64,000 bases of DNA from an uncultured Acidobacteriota bacterium (GTDB lineage: Bacteria; Acidobacteriota; Blastocatellia; RBC074). Position numbers and translations under genes: made by a program. The notes under the pieces were generated by a model. The model searched no databases, was not told the origin of the DNA, and saw nothing but the letters and a program-made list of their open reading frames with translations. The stretch lies in assembly GCA_963800895.1 (NCBI GenBank), contig CAWDDA010000008.1:65581-129580 (forward strand), given 5' to 3'. Position 1 is the first letter of the stretch; each line of letters begins with the position of its first letter. This document shows, one piece after another, positions 52,314 to 62,838 of the stretch.

Positions 52314-53540
52314 ATGAGTATCAGTGAGGCGCTCAAGGTGGCTCTTGGGGCTATCTGGTCGCACAAGCTTCGATCCTTCCTGACTCTTCTCGGCGTCATT
52401 TTCGGCGTGGCGACCGTGATCATCGTGGTTTCCCTGGTTGAAGGCTTCAACAGCTACGTCGATGAGAAGATTGCCAATATCGGCACCAATGCTTTTGCAG
52501 TCCAGAAGTTCTCCATCGAAGACTTTTCGAGCCTTCAAGCTTACGAAGATGCCCGCCGTCGGAACAAAGATGTCACGAACGAGGACCTGGCCGCACTTCG
52601 GGCCCGCGGTGGTGTAATCAAGGATGCAGGCGCGCGCGAACAGGAGATGTGCGAGCTCAAGCGGGGTACTGAGGTTCTCTTCGCAGTTTCGCTTGTTGGT
52701 CAGACCTGGAACTTCATAGATATCGAGAACAAGGACCTTGCCGAAGGGCGACCGTTCAATGCGGCTGAGGAATCGAGCAACCGGACAGTCTGCTACATCG
52801 GCGCCGACATTGCCGAAAGGTTCTTTCCGACAGATACGCCGATCGGGAAGTCGATCAAGATCGATGGGCGTCCATTTGAGATCCTGGGTGTAGCCAAAGC
52901 CCAGGGCTCAGTCTTCGGACAATCGCGCGACAAGTTTGCGACGATACCTTTATCGACATTTCTGACCATTTACGGATCGCGGCGATCGCTGCAGATCAAT
53001 GTGGTTTCGATCAACGCGCCGACCTACCTTGATGCGATCGACGAAGCCCGCGCGGTTATGCGGACACGGCGCAAATTAAGCCCTAACGAGAAAGACAACT
53101 TTGGAATCGTGACACCGGCGGCGATCAATAATCTGCGAGAGCAGATCTTCGGTACGATTCAAATGGTGGCAATCGGCGTCACATCGATCGCACTCGTTGT
53201 GGGCGGTATTGTCATCATGAACATCATGCTCGTTTCGGTTACGGAACGAACAAAGGAGATTGGGATCCGCAAGAGCCTTGGAGCGAGGCGCCGCGATATT
53301 CTCCAGCAGTTCCTGGCAGAATCGACGGCGCTTGCCGTTTCAGGGGGCGCCATAGGGGTCGCTATTGCCTACGGTCTGAGCAAGCTCGTGGCAACTCTCA
53401 CTCCGATCCCAACAGCGTTGCCACTGTTTGCGGTGGCAATGGCGTTGCTGGTCTCAGGGAGTATCGGTCTCGTCGCAGGCGTCTATCCAGCGTGGCGAGC
53501 GGCAAGGCTTGATCCGATTGTTGCGTTAAGATCGGAGTGA
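52314..53540 (+). CDS. MacB/FtsX-type ABC transporter permease
   Basis: LRSFLTLLGVIFG, GGIVIMNIMLVSVTERTKEIGIRK, PAWRAARLDPIVALRSE. Confidence 0.95.
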   Translation: MSISEALKVALGAIWSHKLRSFLTLLGVIFGVATVIIVVSLVEGFNSYVDEKIANIGTNAFAVQKFSIEDFSSLQAYEDARRRNKDVTNEDLAALRARGGVIKDAGAREQEMCELKRGTEVLFAVSLVGQTWNFIDIENKDLAEGRPFNAAEESSNRTVCYIGADIAERFFPTDTPIGKSIKIDGRPFEILGVAKAQGSVFGQSRDKFATIPLSTFLTIYGSRRSLQINVVSINAPTYLDAIDEARAVMRTRRKLSPNEKDNFGIVTPAAINNLREQIFGTIQMVAIGVTSIALVVGGIVIMNIMLVSVTERTKEIGIRKSLGARRRDILQQFLAESTALAVSGGAIGVAIAYGLSKLVATLTPIPTALPLFAVAMALLVSGSIGLVAGVYPAWRAARLDPIVALRSE

Positions 53541-53543
53541 TTA

Positions 53544-53611
53544 CCCGGGAGCGCCAGGCTCCAGCCTGGCGCGTGAGTTGACGCGCCAGGCTGGAGCCTG
53601 GCGCTCCCGGG
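53544..53611. repeat. REP-like inverted pair, family C (GGGAGCGCCAGGCTCCAGCCTGGCGC)
   Basis: Perfect inverted repeat; related copies near 1809, 9045, 27090, 28941, 57752. Confidence 0.85.
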
Positions 53612-53624
53612 CACAGTGATTGAT

Positions 53625-54887
53625 ATGTCATCAAACGAGTGGTTCGAAAATGTAAAGATGGCGCTCGACACGCTGAGGCAGCACAAGCTGCGTTCGTTTC
53701 TGACGATCCTTGGCGTGGTCATCGGCACGATGACAGTTATCGTGATCGCAGCCTTCGTTTCCGGAATCGAGACTCGTGTGGCGAAGGAGATCGAATCCTT
53801 CGGGACAAATTCGATCTACATCTTCAAGTTCGAACCTGGTTTCAATTTCAACCCTTCAGCCGAAGAGCGGATGCGCAAAGAGATCAGCTATGAGGATGGT
53901 CTCGCAATTGCCGCCGAGGTTCCGTCGGTCGAGAATGTCGCACCTTTCATGTCTCCTGTAGATTGGATGCAGGGTCCCATGGCCGAGCGGGTAAAGATCC
54001 GTTATCAGGACACCGAGATGGTGAATGCAACTGTACAGGGAACTACGACAGCCTACATCCGCATGGGAACGATCAACGTCAATGAAGGGCGATTTTTCAC
54101 CGATGCCGAGAATATGACGCGCGCTGATGTGTGTGTCATCGGGCGCGATGTCGCAAACACGCTCTTTCCGAACCTGACTGCTGTGGACAGAGAGATATCG
54201 ATCAGTGGTCGCAACTATCGAGTTGTCGGCGTTCTGCAGACTCGAGACAACTTTCTGACACCGGCTGAAGATCCAGGTAACGAAAACAAGGCGGTCTATC
54301 TGCCTTACGATACGCTGCGGAAGATCTATCCGCAGATCAAGGAGAATTTCATTATCGCGCAGGCTCGCCCCGGCCAAATGGAAGAGGCAGTCGAAGAGAT
54401 ACGCTTCCTATTGCGAAAGCGGCGTAACGTGCCCTTCAGCAGACCCGACAACTTTGGCATTTCGACTTCCAAAGACATCATCAGCCAGTTCAGCGCGATC
54501 ACCAGTGGAATCTTTGCGCTCATGGTTGCTATCTCCAGTGTCGGACTTCTGATAGGCGGCATTGGTGTCATGAACATCATGCTCGTGTCGGTCACGGAGC
54601 GTACAAAAGAGATAGGAGTACGAAAGGCGATCGGCGCGCGGAGGCGTGACATTATTCTGCAGTTCCTCGTAGAAGCTGCGACACTCACAGGAGTTGGGGG
54701 AATCCTCGGCATCGCGATCGGATGGGGGCTCGCCGAGCTCGTAAAGCTGATGCTGCCCACTTACGTTCCGCTGTGGGCACCAGTTGTTGGATTTGGGGTT
54801 TCGGTTGCGCTTGGAGTGGGTTTTGGTCTTTGGCCAGCCTGGCGGGCTGCGCGGCTGCACCCCGTAGATGCGTTGCGGTACGAGTAG
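53625..54887 (+). CDS. MacB/FtsX-type ABC transporter permease (paralogue)
   Basis: LRSFLTILGVVIG, GGIGVMNIMLVSVTERTKEIG, ALRYE. Confidence 0.95.
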   Translation: MSSNEWFENVKMALDTLRQHKLRSFLTILGVVIGTMTVIVIAAFVSGIETRVAKEIESFGTNSIYIFKFEPGFNFNPSAEERMRKEISYEDGLAIAAEVPSVENVAPFMSPVDWMQGPMAERVKIRYQDTEMVNATVQGTTTAYIRMGTINVNEGRFFTDAENMTRADVCVIGRDVANTLFPNLTAVDREISISGRNYRVVGVLQTRDNFLTPAEDPGNENKAVYLPYDTLRKIYPQIKENFIIAQARPGQMEEAVEEIRFLLRKRRNVPFSRPDNFGISTSKDIISQFSAITSGIFALMVAISSVGLLIGGIGVMNIMLVSVTERTKEIGVRKAIGARRRDIILQFLVEAATLTGVGGILGIAIGWGLAELVKLMLPTYVPLWAPVVGFGVSVALGVGFGLWPAWRAARLHPVDALRYE

Positions 54888-54915
54888 AGCTCGCGCGATA
54901 ATTACTGTTTTAACT

Positions 54916-56701
54916 ATGATGAGTTTGTTCAATCCTGGAAGTAAGCATTTGTTGCGCGCGATAACCGTGGCCGCGATGATGATCCTCGTGGTCGCTACAA
55001 GTTTCTCTCAGCAGCAGCCGCCGCCAAGCAGCGCCGCCAACGCCTCCAACACAGACACCTCAGACGCCCCCGGCGCCGCAGCGGCGAACGCCCCTCGCTG
55101 ATAAGCCTCAGGCGACCCTTGGAGACGTGAACTGCGATATCGGCGTCGATAAGAGGGTCATCGTAATGATGGCGGCACTCAATGTAGCCGGATACGACTA
55201 CGAGCAATCCAACCGCCCCCTGTCGCCACTGCGCAAACAGATTCGCGAAGATCTCAAGGACCTCAATCCTCAGATCGTCGCGAAGCTTCGCGCCCATTTT
55301 CAGGAGCATCGCAAAGGAAAGCCCGATGTAGTCGCGTTAGCTCCATATCTGAGTCTCGCACTTTCGCTGTCAGAGCCTCCCGGCTTCAGTATTGAAATTC
55401 CGGCCGAAAGGCTGCCGGACGATGTCCGCGAGATCACCGACTTTGCATTGCTGCTCGAGGAGTTCTACCAGGCTTCTTCCTTTGGCAAGTTAATGCCGAA
55501 ATACGTTAAGACCTACACTGATACTGCGACATCCTATGGCCCCGGGCTTGCTGCCTCAGTGTCTGCAGTGATCAGCTATCTACGCACAGAGCCCATTCTC
55601 GAGCTTCGTCCTGCCTACGTTCCACGTCCGGCGAAACCTAACGATGGAGAACCTGTCGAAGTTTCGAAGCGGATTCGGCGTTTTGTGGTCATACCTGATC
55701 TTCTCAACTCTATAGGATCAGCCAACCTGCGTGTTGTGCGCGATGTCTATTATCTGCTGCTCGGGCCGACGCGGGAACCCAATGTAAATGCGATGCGACG
55801 CGGGTTTCTGCGATTTGTCCTGGACCCGCTGACGGAGCTGCAGGTAAGGGACGTTGGCGCGATGAGGGCCGAGCTCAAGAAACTGCTCGACTCGCGTGGC
55901 GATCGCGTAGATCCGGAATACAAAGAACGCAGCGCGTTCTACCTTATTACCGACTCGATGACCAAGGCGACAGATGCGCGGATGGAAGTACTTGGTCTTC
56001 CGGTAAAACGCAATTACACGGAAGCTGATGCGATCTACGATTTGAGCCTGGAGTACGAGCGCGGCGCGGTCCTGGTCTATCACTTCTACGACAAGATGTC
56101 GGCCTACGATCGTGTCGGAGTCAATCTTCGCGATTACTTTTCGGACCTGATTACGAAGATTGATTTCGAGCGCGAGTCGAAGCGGCTCGAGGAATATGCG
56201 CAGCGTCTCGCTCGACACAAGCAGGCAAAGCTCGAAGCGACGTCGGCTCCTGCACCTGCACCTACCATCTCCAATGCAGACGACGCGACAGTGGCAAGGA
56301 TTCTGCAAGCTGATCAGATGATCAATGCGCGGCGATACGACGATGCTCGCGCAGTTTTGCAGTCGATACTCAAGGAGCGTCCTCAAAACGCACGCGCACT
56401 CTTCGGCATGGCCGAAGTAACGAGCAAGAAAGCAAGTCAGGTGTCAGATTCTGATCGATTGGGTGAGGAGCTTTACGCTGCTGTTGAGTATTACAAGCAG
56501 GCCGCTGACAACGCTTCATCCGATACAGAGAAGTGGCTGAAACAGCGAAGCTACGTTTCGGCTGGAAAGATCCTGTCATTTCTCGATCAGCCCAAAGACG
56601 CTCTCGCCGCATTCGATCTCGCCATCGCACTTGGCGAAAACGCCGACAAGGCTGCATACCAGGAAGCAGTCCGCGAAAAAGCTAAGCTCTCAGGGATGTA
56701 G
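54916..56701 (+). CDS. Exported hypothetical protein with C-terminal TPR-like helices (frameshift near 55095)
   Basis: Signal peptide in the first fragment; MAALNVAGYD; ARALFGMA TPR-like tail. Confidence 0.75.
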
Positions 56702-56710
56702 AAGAGATGT

Positions 56711-56832
56711 GGTGCTGAGTGCTGAGTGCTGAGTGCTGAGTATGGAGTTCAAGCTTTTAGCTTGCTCTTCGAACTGGAACTTGTAAAGAGCAAGCTAAAG
56801 CTTGAACTCTAAACTCAGCACTCAGCACTCAG
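56711..56832. repeat. Composite repeat: (TGCTGAG)n + REP-A pair + (CTCAGCA)n
   Basis: Direct reading; a degenerate version lies at 43859-43975. Confidence 0.85.
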
Positions 56833-56848
56833 ATTTTGGGAGGTGAAC

Positions 56849-57281
56849 TTGTCCCAGTCGAACGTGATTCAAAGCTTAATAGGCGGCGTCGTTGATCGGG
56901 CTTTCAGCATCGCTCCTATTGCTTCTTCGAGGGAAAATGGCGGGCATTAGCGGGATTCTTGCAGGTGTCTTGTTTCCGGTCGCCCGGGACACGGAATGGC
57001 GGCTGTTGTTTCTGACAGGTCTGCTCGCCGCCGGACTTATCGTATTCGCAGTCGAGCCCTCAGCATTCGCAAATACGCTCGTCCGATCTGTACCGGCACT
57101 CGCTATTGCTGGTTTGCTTGTGGGAATAGGCGTGCGAGTTGGCGGCGGGTGCACGAGCGGACATGGTGTTTGCGGAGTCAGCCGGCTTTCGTTGCGATCA
57201 ATCATCGCGACCCTTTTGTTCATTGTCTTTGGTGCGGTGACAGTATTTCTCGTAAACCGTGTCACCGGAGGTATCCTGTGA
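56849..57281 (+). CDS. YeeE/YedE sulfur/thiosulfate transporter family (frameshift near 56890)
   Basis: SLIGG.LIGLSA, AGISGI, GGGCTSGHGVCG. Confidence 0.9.
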
Positions 57282-57745
57282 GCACGCTTCAAAGGCTAGC
57301 GACAATTGCTTGCGGGATGCTTTTCGGGTTTGGCCTTTGTATTGGTGGAATGACACAACCAGCACGCATCACCGGCTTTCTCGATTTTGCAGGTGCGTGG
57401 GACCCAAGCCTGCTCTTCGTGATGATCGGTGCCATCGGAGTCTATCTGCCACTTTATCGCGTCATTACGAGACGTAAGCATCCGATTCTCGATGCTGCCT
57501 TTGTGTTGCCGACGCGGAATGATATCAGCGCACGGCTGATTGTGGGTGCTGCAATCTTTGGCGTCGGCTGGGGACTCGGCGGCTTTTGTCCAGGACCTGC
57601 TTTGACCTCACTTGTTACCGGATACGCGTCGGTCATCGTGTTCACGCTCGCCTTGATCGTTGGTATGGTGATTTTCAGTGCCGTCGAAAGTGTACTGAAG
57701 ACGCGCGGCGAAGCGAGGCTGACGCAGACAAAGGAGTGTGGGTGA
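57278..57745 (+). CDS. YeeE/YedE family partner protein
   Basis: GMTQP..ITGFLD..GAWDPSL, FGVGWGLGGFCPGPA; GTGA overlap. Confidence 0.9.
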   Translation: MSTLQRLATIACGMLFGFGLCIGGMTQPARITGFLDFAGAWDPSLLFVMIGAIGVYLPLYRVITRRKHPILDAAFVLPTRNDISARLIVGAAIFGVGWGLGGFCPGPALTSLVTGYASVIVFTLALIVGMVIFSAVESVLKTRGEARLTQTKECG

Positions 57746-57863
57746 CAATAACCTGGGAGCGCCGGTCTCTGACCGGCGCGTGAACCAATTGAGCAGGCCA
57801 GGGAGTGTGGTTGACACTCGCAACCCGCTCGAAACATCAAGATTTCCAGTCTGCCTCTTCGGA

Positions 57864-59648
57864 CTACTTGATATCAATGCGCACGACGTTTGACGTCTGA
57901 CCGTCCATGGTCAAGACGACGTCGATCTCGCCAGCGCCAATCAGATTGCGGGTCAATAACAGGTTGATCTGATCGACTCCAACGAACGTTGGATGGGTCC
58001 CAACGAACGCGAGTGGTAAGTCCGCGCACCCGACCCTGGCCGTTATTGAACTTGGCGTATAAGAACGGATACCTGTACCGAAAAGCACCAGAAACACCGA
58101 GTCACTCGACGTTCCCTGGTTGGGTCCGAGGTCAATCGGGACGGGAATGTACTGATTCTGAGCATTGAGGCGAGCAACGGACTCGTATATCTGAGAGCCA
58201 TCGCCCTTTACTCGCAATGCGACCGCAGCGGGAACGCCACTCCCACCGACGTTCGCGGTAAACAAGCCGGGCGCGACGTCTGAGATGCGCACCTGTCCAG
58301 TGGCGACTACGTTCGAATCTCTTTCGACCTGTATCATTGCCATACCGGCCGCTGTTTGAAGTGGGACCTGGTAATTGATCTGTCCCGAAGAAACGTAGAA
58401 CAGTGGCGCCAGTCGTTCAACACCCAGATTGTCTTTGATCGTGAGCCTCGTTCCCGCCAATTCAGTCGGAAGGGGTACAGTGTCTGCATTTACCTCGACC
58501 TGTGCCAAACCGGTTCCGAACGACGCGGCAATAGAACCTCGAGCAAGTCTCGCGCTGCGATACGTAGCAGCTGAAACGCTTGACAGTCCCGTGCCAGCGG
58601 TCGCACCGATGAGTGGAGAGCGAATCAGAAAAACCTGAGTCGGAGTGCGAAAGGCGACGCCTGAATTGCCCCAGCGAATGAGACTGCTTGGGGTTCCCAC
58701 CACATTCGGAACATCAAATGACCCCAATGACACAAACCGATCCTGATCGTAAACAACAACTCGATAGCCGTTGGATCCTGAGCCCTGTGTAAGGAAAACC
58801 GTCTGTCCGATTGTGGAATCAGAAACCACGAGCGAGCCAAACCCAATCCCGGCAAACGTTCCAACTAAGCCTCGCGTGGCGACATCGATCACCTGGCCGG
58901 TACTTGCATAAGCACGTCCCCCATCACAAACGAAGGCATTGCCAAACCCGCTGAAGAGAGTCAACGAATCGATTGTCTGAACCCCTGTCTCATCCACGCG
59001 CATCCGTCTGAATCCGAAATCTGTCGTTTCGTTGTTGTATCCGAATAGCATCGAGGCCCGATTGCAGAACCCGATGACATTGCTTCCCGTGTGATCAGGT
59101 GTTGTTTTCATGCGTGCCACGCCGTCCGCAAAGATCGCCACGCCTCCATGCCTCGGACTTACGTTTGGCCGCTTCCGTGAAACTGCGAGCTGGTTCGGAC
59201 AGCCCGGCCGGACGTCGATATCTTCAGGGTAATAGATCCCAGAAAACGGGTCGCTGCCGAGGGTAAACTGCAATTCCGGCATGTGAGTCTTAAGATTGAA
59301 ACGTCGGACCGCAGCTGCTCCATCCAAACCGACATACACGTATTCTCCACCATCTGAAATGGCAAGTTTGTTTGGTTCGCTGCCGACAAACGTCGGTGAC
59401 CCGACATTACCGCTAACCGGATCGATGACGACGAGGCTGTTGCCGTTAACACCGGCGCGACTTGGCAGAGTCGCGTAAATACGCTCTGCCTTCTGGTCGA
59501 AAACGATATCGTTGTTTTCCAGCATGATCACTCGTATTTCATTTGATTGAGCGCTGACTGCATCCGGGAACGTACCATCCCTCTTCACCGCAATGGCTGC
59601 AAGGCACACGATGGACACAAGTGCGATGAGCGAACGACGTTTGTTCAT
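57864..59648 (-). CDS. Exported beta-propeller protein with C-terminal TIGR03437-like acidobacterial domain
   Basis: Signal peptide; SEPNKLAISDGG propeller blades; SVSAATY..LARGSIAASFG, PLFYVSSGQINYQVP, APGLFTAN, GVDQIN. Confidence 0.8.
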   Translation of the reverse strand: MNKRRSLIALVSIVCLAAIAVKRDGTFPDAVSAQSNEIRVIMLENNDIVFDQKAERIYATLPSRAGVNGNSLVVIDPVSGNVGSPTFVGSEPNKLAISDGGEYVYVGLDGAAAVRRFNLKTHMPELQFTLGSDPFSGIYYPEDIDVRPGCPNQLAVSRKRPNVSPRHGGVAIFADGVARMKTTPDHTGSNVIGFCNRASMLFGYNNETTDFGFRRMRVDETGVQTIDSLTLFSGFGNAFVCDGGRAYASTGQVIDVATRGLVGTFAGIGFGSLVVSDSTIGQTVFLTQGSGSNGYRVVVYDQDRFVSLGSFDVPNVVGTPSSLIRWGNSGVAFRTPTQVFLIRSPLIGATAGTGLSSVSAATYRSARLARGSIAASFGTGLAQVEVNADTVPLPTELAGTRLTIKDNLGVERLAPLFYVSSGQINYQVPLQTAAGMAMIQVERDSNVVATGQVRISDVAPGLFTANVGGSGVPAAVALRVKGDGSQIYESVARLNAQNQYIPVPIDLGPNQGTSSDSVFLVLFGTGIRSYTPSSITARVGCADLPLAFVGTHPTFVGVDQINLLLTRNLIGAGEIDVVLTMDGQTSNVVRIDIK

Positions 59649-59933
59649 AGGGCTCTCCTTCGGAAACGGTAATCCGACAAGATTTCTCAGCGCGTTGCGT
59701 TTCTCTGACTGCGCGATCAATTTCGATCACACAATCAATGGACTACCAACGATTGAAGAATCCTGCCGAGAAGGTAATGCTTGATGCCTATGGCATCGGT
59801 TCTCAAGCTGAGGCCACTTATAGGGGATTGGCCGGATCGAGTATCGCATTCTCGCCTGAAGTTACAAAAGGGAAATCGATCAAGTTACGCGGATGAGAAC
59901 GGACGGGTTCGAAGGTCATGCAGAGCACGCAAC

Positions 59934-59962
59934 AAAAAGGGCGACCTCGCGGTCGCCCTTTT
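59934..59962. terminator. Rho-independent terminator of the 59987-60751 gene
   Basis: AAAAAGGGCGACC-TCGC-GGTCGCCCTTTT hairpin with A/T tails on both sides. Confidence 0.85.
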
Positions 59963-59986
59963 GATTTGCAGGCGTCGGTCAATCCC

Positions 59987-60751
59987 TCAATGCATCGGGA
60001 TGACCGGCATCAAAGGTTCGAAAAGCACCTCCGAGGGTTCGTTCTCGCACTGCTGAACCGGTGGAGTAGTGGTCACGGGTTCGCTCGCGGGTTCGCTTGA
60101 GTCTTCACTTGAGAACAAGTCGAACGTCATTGCTTCTTCGCTCAGAAAAAGCTCTGTCTCGATCGGAGCGACATCGGTTGCGATAATTGTTTCGCGAGGC
60201 TTAGCAGGTGTCTTTTCCGGCTCGCAGGTCGCCGGTTTTCCAGTTGGCATTAGCACAGCTCTAACGGGGCGAATGCTAAATCTCGGCATCTTGAAGCGCC
60301 GTGCCCAGTGCATCGGAACGTAGCTCGCTTCAGCTACTGCGAAGCTCATTGCCAGAGCGCGTTCGACCGGAAATGCGGCTGGAAGAATGATCGGTTTGAG
60401 CCGCGTCTTAATAGAGGCAAGTTTTGCCGCAGGTCGTACATTCTGAACCTTCAACCCGGCGGCCTTCATCGCCTTCATAGCCGATCGAGCGGGCCCGCCA
60501 TTTGAAGCCAGAAGCGCTCCCTCGGTCGGGTTGCTGACCGGCTCCGGTGAAAGACTTCGTCCAAATGCTGCTGCAAGCAAATTTGCCTGCAGAAAACGAT
60601 TTGCGGTTGCGTCGGGAAGAATTACAGATAGTGATTCGGCCGCGCCCAGGACCTGTTCTGCGAAATTGCCGCCGGATAGGGGTTTCAACGAGTGCGCCGC
60701 TAGGATCAGCGCCAGGATTAGCAGCAAGCGAATTAAAGCTTTGCCAGCCAT
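59987..60751 (-). CDS. Hypothetical membrane-anchored protein
   Basis: GAGGAG RBS; N-terminal hydrophobic helix; Pro/Glu-rich C-terminus; followed by terminator. Confidence 0.65.
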   Translation of the reverse strand: MAGKALIRLLLILALILAAHSLKPLSGGNFAEQVLGAAESLSVILPDATANRFLQANLLAAAFGRSLSPEPVSNPTEGALLASNGGPARSAMKAMKAAGLKVQNVRPAAKLASIKTRLKPIILPAAFPVERALAMSFAVAEASYVPMHWARRFKMPRFSIRPVRAVLMPTGKPATCEPEKTPAKPRETIIATDVAPIETELFLSEEAMTFDLFSSEDSSEPASEPVTTTPPVQQCENEPSEVLFEPLMPVIPMH

Positions 60752-60995
60752 TGGGATGCTCCTCAACTGACCTGTTCAGGGGGTCAGGGTCGTTCGTCAG
60801 ATACTTGTCAAGCCTTCTTCTAGTAGTACTCGGAATAACTCAAAGTCGTTGTCTCTACTGAGACGTTTCTTGTTTTCCTTCAGTAATTCAGTTTGTGACT
60901 CGACTTTGCGTAAGGTTTCAAAAGAGCGAAGGAAATCTTTTGAAGTAATCCTGGATGCTTCGCCTCTTGTCAGAAGCGATTATCCATACACCCGG

Positions 60996-62825
60996 TCAAT
61001 CTCGTGTTAATGACTTGTAAATATTTTGTAAAAACATTGCCCGGTTGTAAGCCGTTAAATTACCACTATTTGCGCCAGGTGCAAAGCCTTTTTTGAAAGC
61101 CGCTTTTTGAGCCTTGCTCCAAGCCGTTACATGAGACTTATACGTTGCCACCCGGTCTTGAAGGTGCGAAGAAATGTCTTTGGTCTCGCCAGGGTCTGAA
61201 CACAGATTGAAAACCTTTGAGCGATTCGACTCAACTTCGTAGATGTACTTGATGCAACCATCTCTTAAGCCGAGAAAAGTAAGTGAATAGTCGGTATAAA
61301 AGAGAGCAAGTTGTTCCCGGCCAGCAAGAATTGACGTCCCCTGAAACTCTCGAGGAATAGAGTGCCCCAGCAAATCGAGTATCGTAGGACCAAGATCCAC
61401 CAGGCTCACCGGACTTTGATCGCGGACGCTAGTCTCTAGCATACCTGGTGCCACTATCAGCAATGGCACGCGCATGTTCTCCTCGTGAATGTAGAAAGAA
61501 TGGCCGTAATTCCCTTCGTGCTGTCCGAACGCCTCGCCATGGTCACCCGCAATTACGATCAATGAATCAGCGAGCCGGCCCTGCGCTTCAAGTCCTTTGA
61601 GAAGATCGCGCAGTGAATTGTCGGCATAGTTGAGGGCGTTCAGATACCGGTCCCGCTCTTCAGTCTCGGGAAACGGGCCGGGCAGCGGAGTGTCGTAAGG
61701 ATGATGTCCTGCGATCGGGAGATAGGTAAGAAAGAATTTCTCGTCGTGCCTCAGGCCTCCTGTCCAGTTGAGCATTCTTTTCACAGTCGATGGCTCGTCG
61801 ACACCAAAACTTGACTCTTTCTTCCCGCCAATTGCTCCCGCATCTTCGACAAGATCGTAGCCTCGATCTTCGACCACGGCGTCCATACCGAGGTACATGA
61901 ACCTGCCTGAGTGAAAGAGGGCCGATCGATAACCCGCGCTTCCGAGTTCGCGCGCAAGAGAGGAGCGCATCATCCTGGCGATTTTTTCCACCGGAATGTC
62001 GAGCGCAGGATACTGTGAACAGATCACCGATAGCAGCGTCTTGATGCTCTCCGGGTATACGGCATAGGCATTCTCAAAGACGATCGATCGCTGTGCCAAC
62101 TCATCAAGAAAGGGCATTGGGTTTTCGCGGGCACCGTAGGTGCTCAAGTACTGAGCTCCTGCGGATTCAAGCATTACCAGAATCACATTGCGATGCGCCG
62201 CTGCCCCGCGAAACCGATCGAGGCCTTCACGTATTCCAGTTGGCGACGGTTCGACGGGGCTCTTGCGCCAATCGAAATCACCCTCCCTCGCTTCTCCTGC
62301 ATTGATTCGCGGAAGTGATGTCGTCACCAGGGTGGTGATCGAGTTCCGGTGAAGGCCTCTGGTGTCGATACGAGCGGACGCAACAGGTCCGGCGGCTATG
62401 ATGAGGATGGCGCAAGTGATCCATCCTGTCCGATATCGGAGCGAGACGTTTCTTACCGCCAGTGCAAGACCGATTCCAACGAGAAGAACTGCTGCCACGA
62501 GAAGGATTACCTGCGGCTTGAAATAATGAAGGACCGAATCCGAGAGCGTGCCTCGTGCTGCTTTGAGCATCGGCCAGGTAACAGGAGTGGTCAGTATCCG
62601 CAGAACGGCGACGTTCAATGCGACATAGCTGACTCCAAGACCGTAGACCACCCACGCGATCCAATCCCGGCGGCAGAGTGTGATAAGTCCTGCGAAGATC
62701 AGAGCGGCAAGCACGTCCTGCCAGATAAAGGCGAGTGGGGTCCACGGTGAAAAGGGAATTGAGTGGCCCGCGATGCTCGCGACCTTTGCGGCCAGAAGAA
62801 CTATGAAGAATGCTATCGCTTTCAC
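60996..62825 (-). CDS. Membrane-bound sulfatase/LTA-synthase-like (alkaline phosphatase superfamily) protein
   Basis: Five TMs; NVILVMLES, YPESIK, GHHPY, AGDHGE, RVPLLI, DLGPTILDLLG. Confidence 0.88.
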   Translation of the reverse strand: MKAIAFFIVLLAAKVASIAGHSIPFSPWTPLAFIWQDVLAALIFAGLITLCRRDWIAWVVYGLGVSYVALNVAVLRILTTPVTWPMLKAARGTLSDSVLHYFKPQVILLVAAVLLVGIGLALAVRNVSLRYRTGWITCAILIIAAGPVASARIDTRGLHRNSITTLVTTSLPRINAGEAREGDFDWRKSPVEPSPTGIREGLDRFRGAAAHRNVILVMLESAGAQYLSTYGARENPMPFLDELAQRSIVFENAYAVYPESIKTLLSVICSQYPALDIPVEKIARMMRSSLARELGSAGYRSALFHSGRFMYLGMDAVVEDRGYDLVEDAGAIGGKKESSFGVDEPSTVKRMLNWTGGLRHDEKFFLTYLPIAGHHPYDTPLPGPFPETEERDRYLNALNYADNSLRDLLKGLEAQGRLADSLIVIAGDHGEAFGQHEGNYGHSFYIHEENMRVPLLIVAPGMLETSVRDQSPVSLVDLGPTILDLLGHSIPREFQGTSILAGREQLALFYTDYSLTFLGLRDGCIKYIYEVESNRSKVFNLCSDPGETKDISSHLQDRVATYKSHVTAWSKAQKAAFKKGFAPGANSGNLTAYNRAMFLQNIYKSLTRD

Positions 62826-62838
62826 AGGGTCACCTGGA

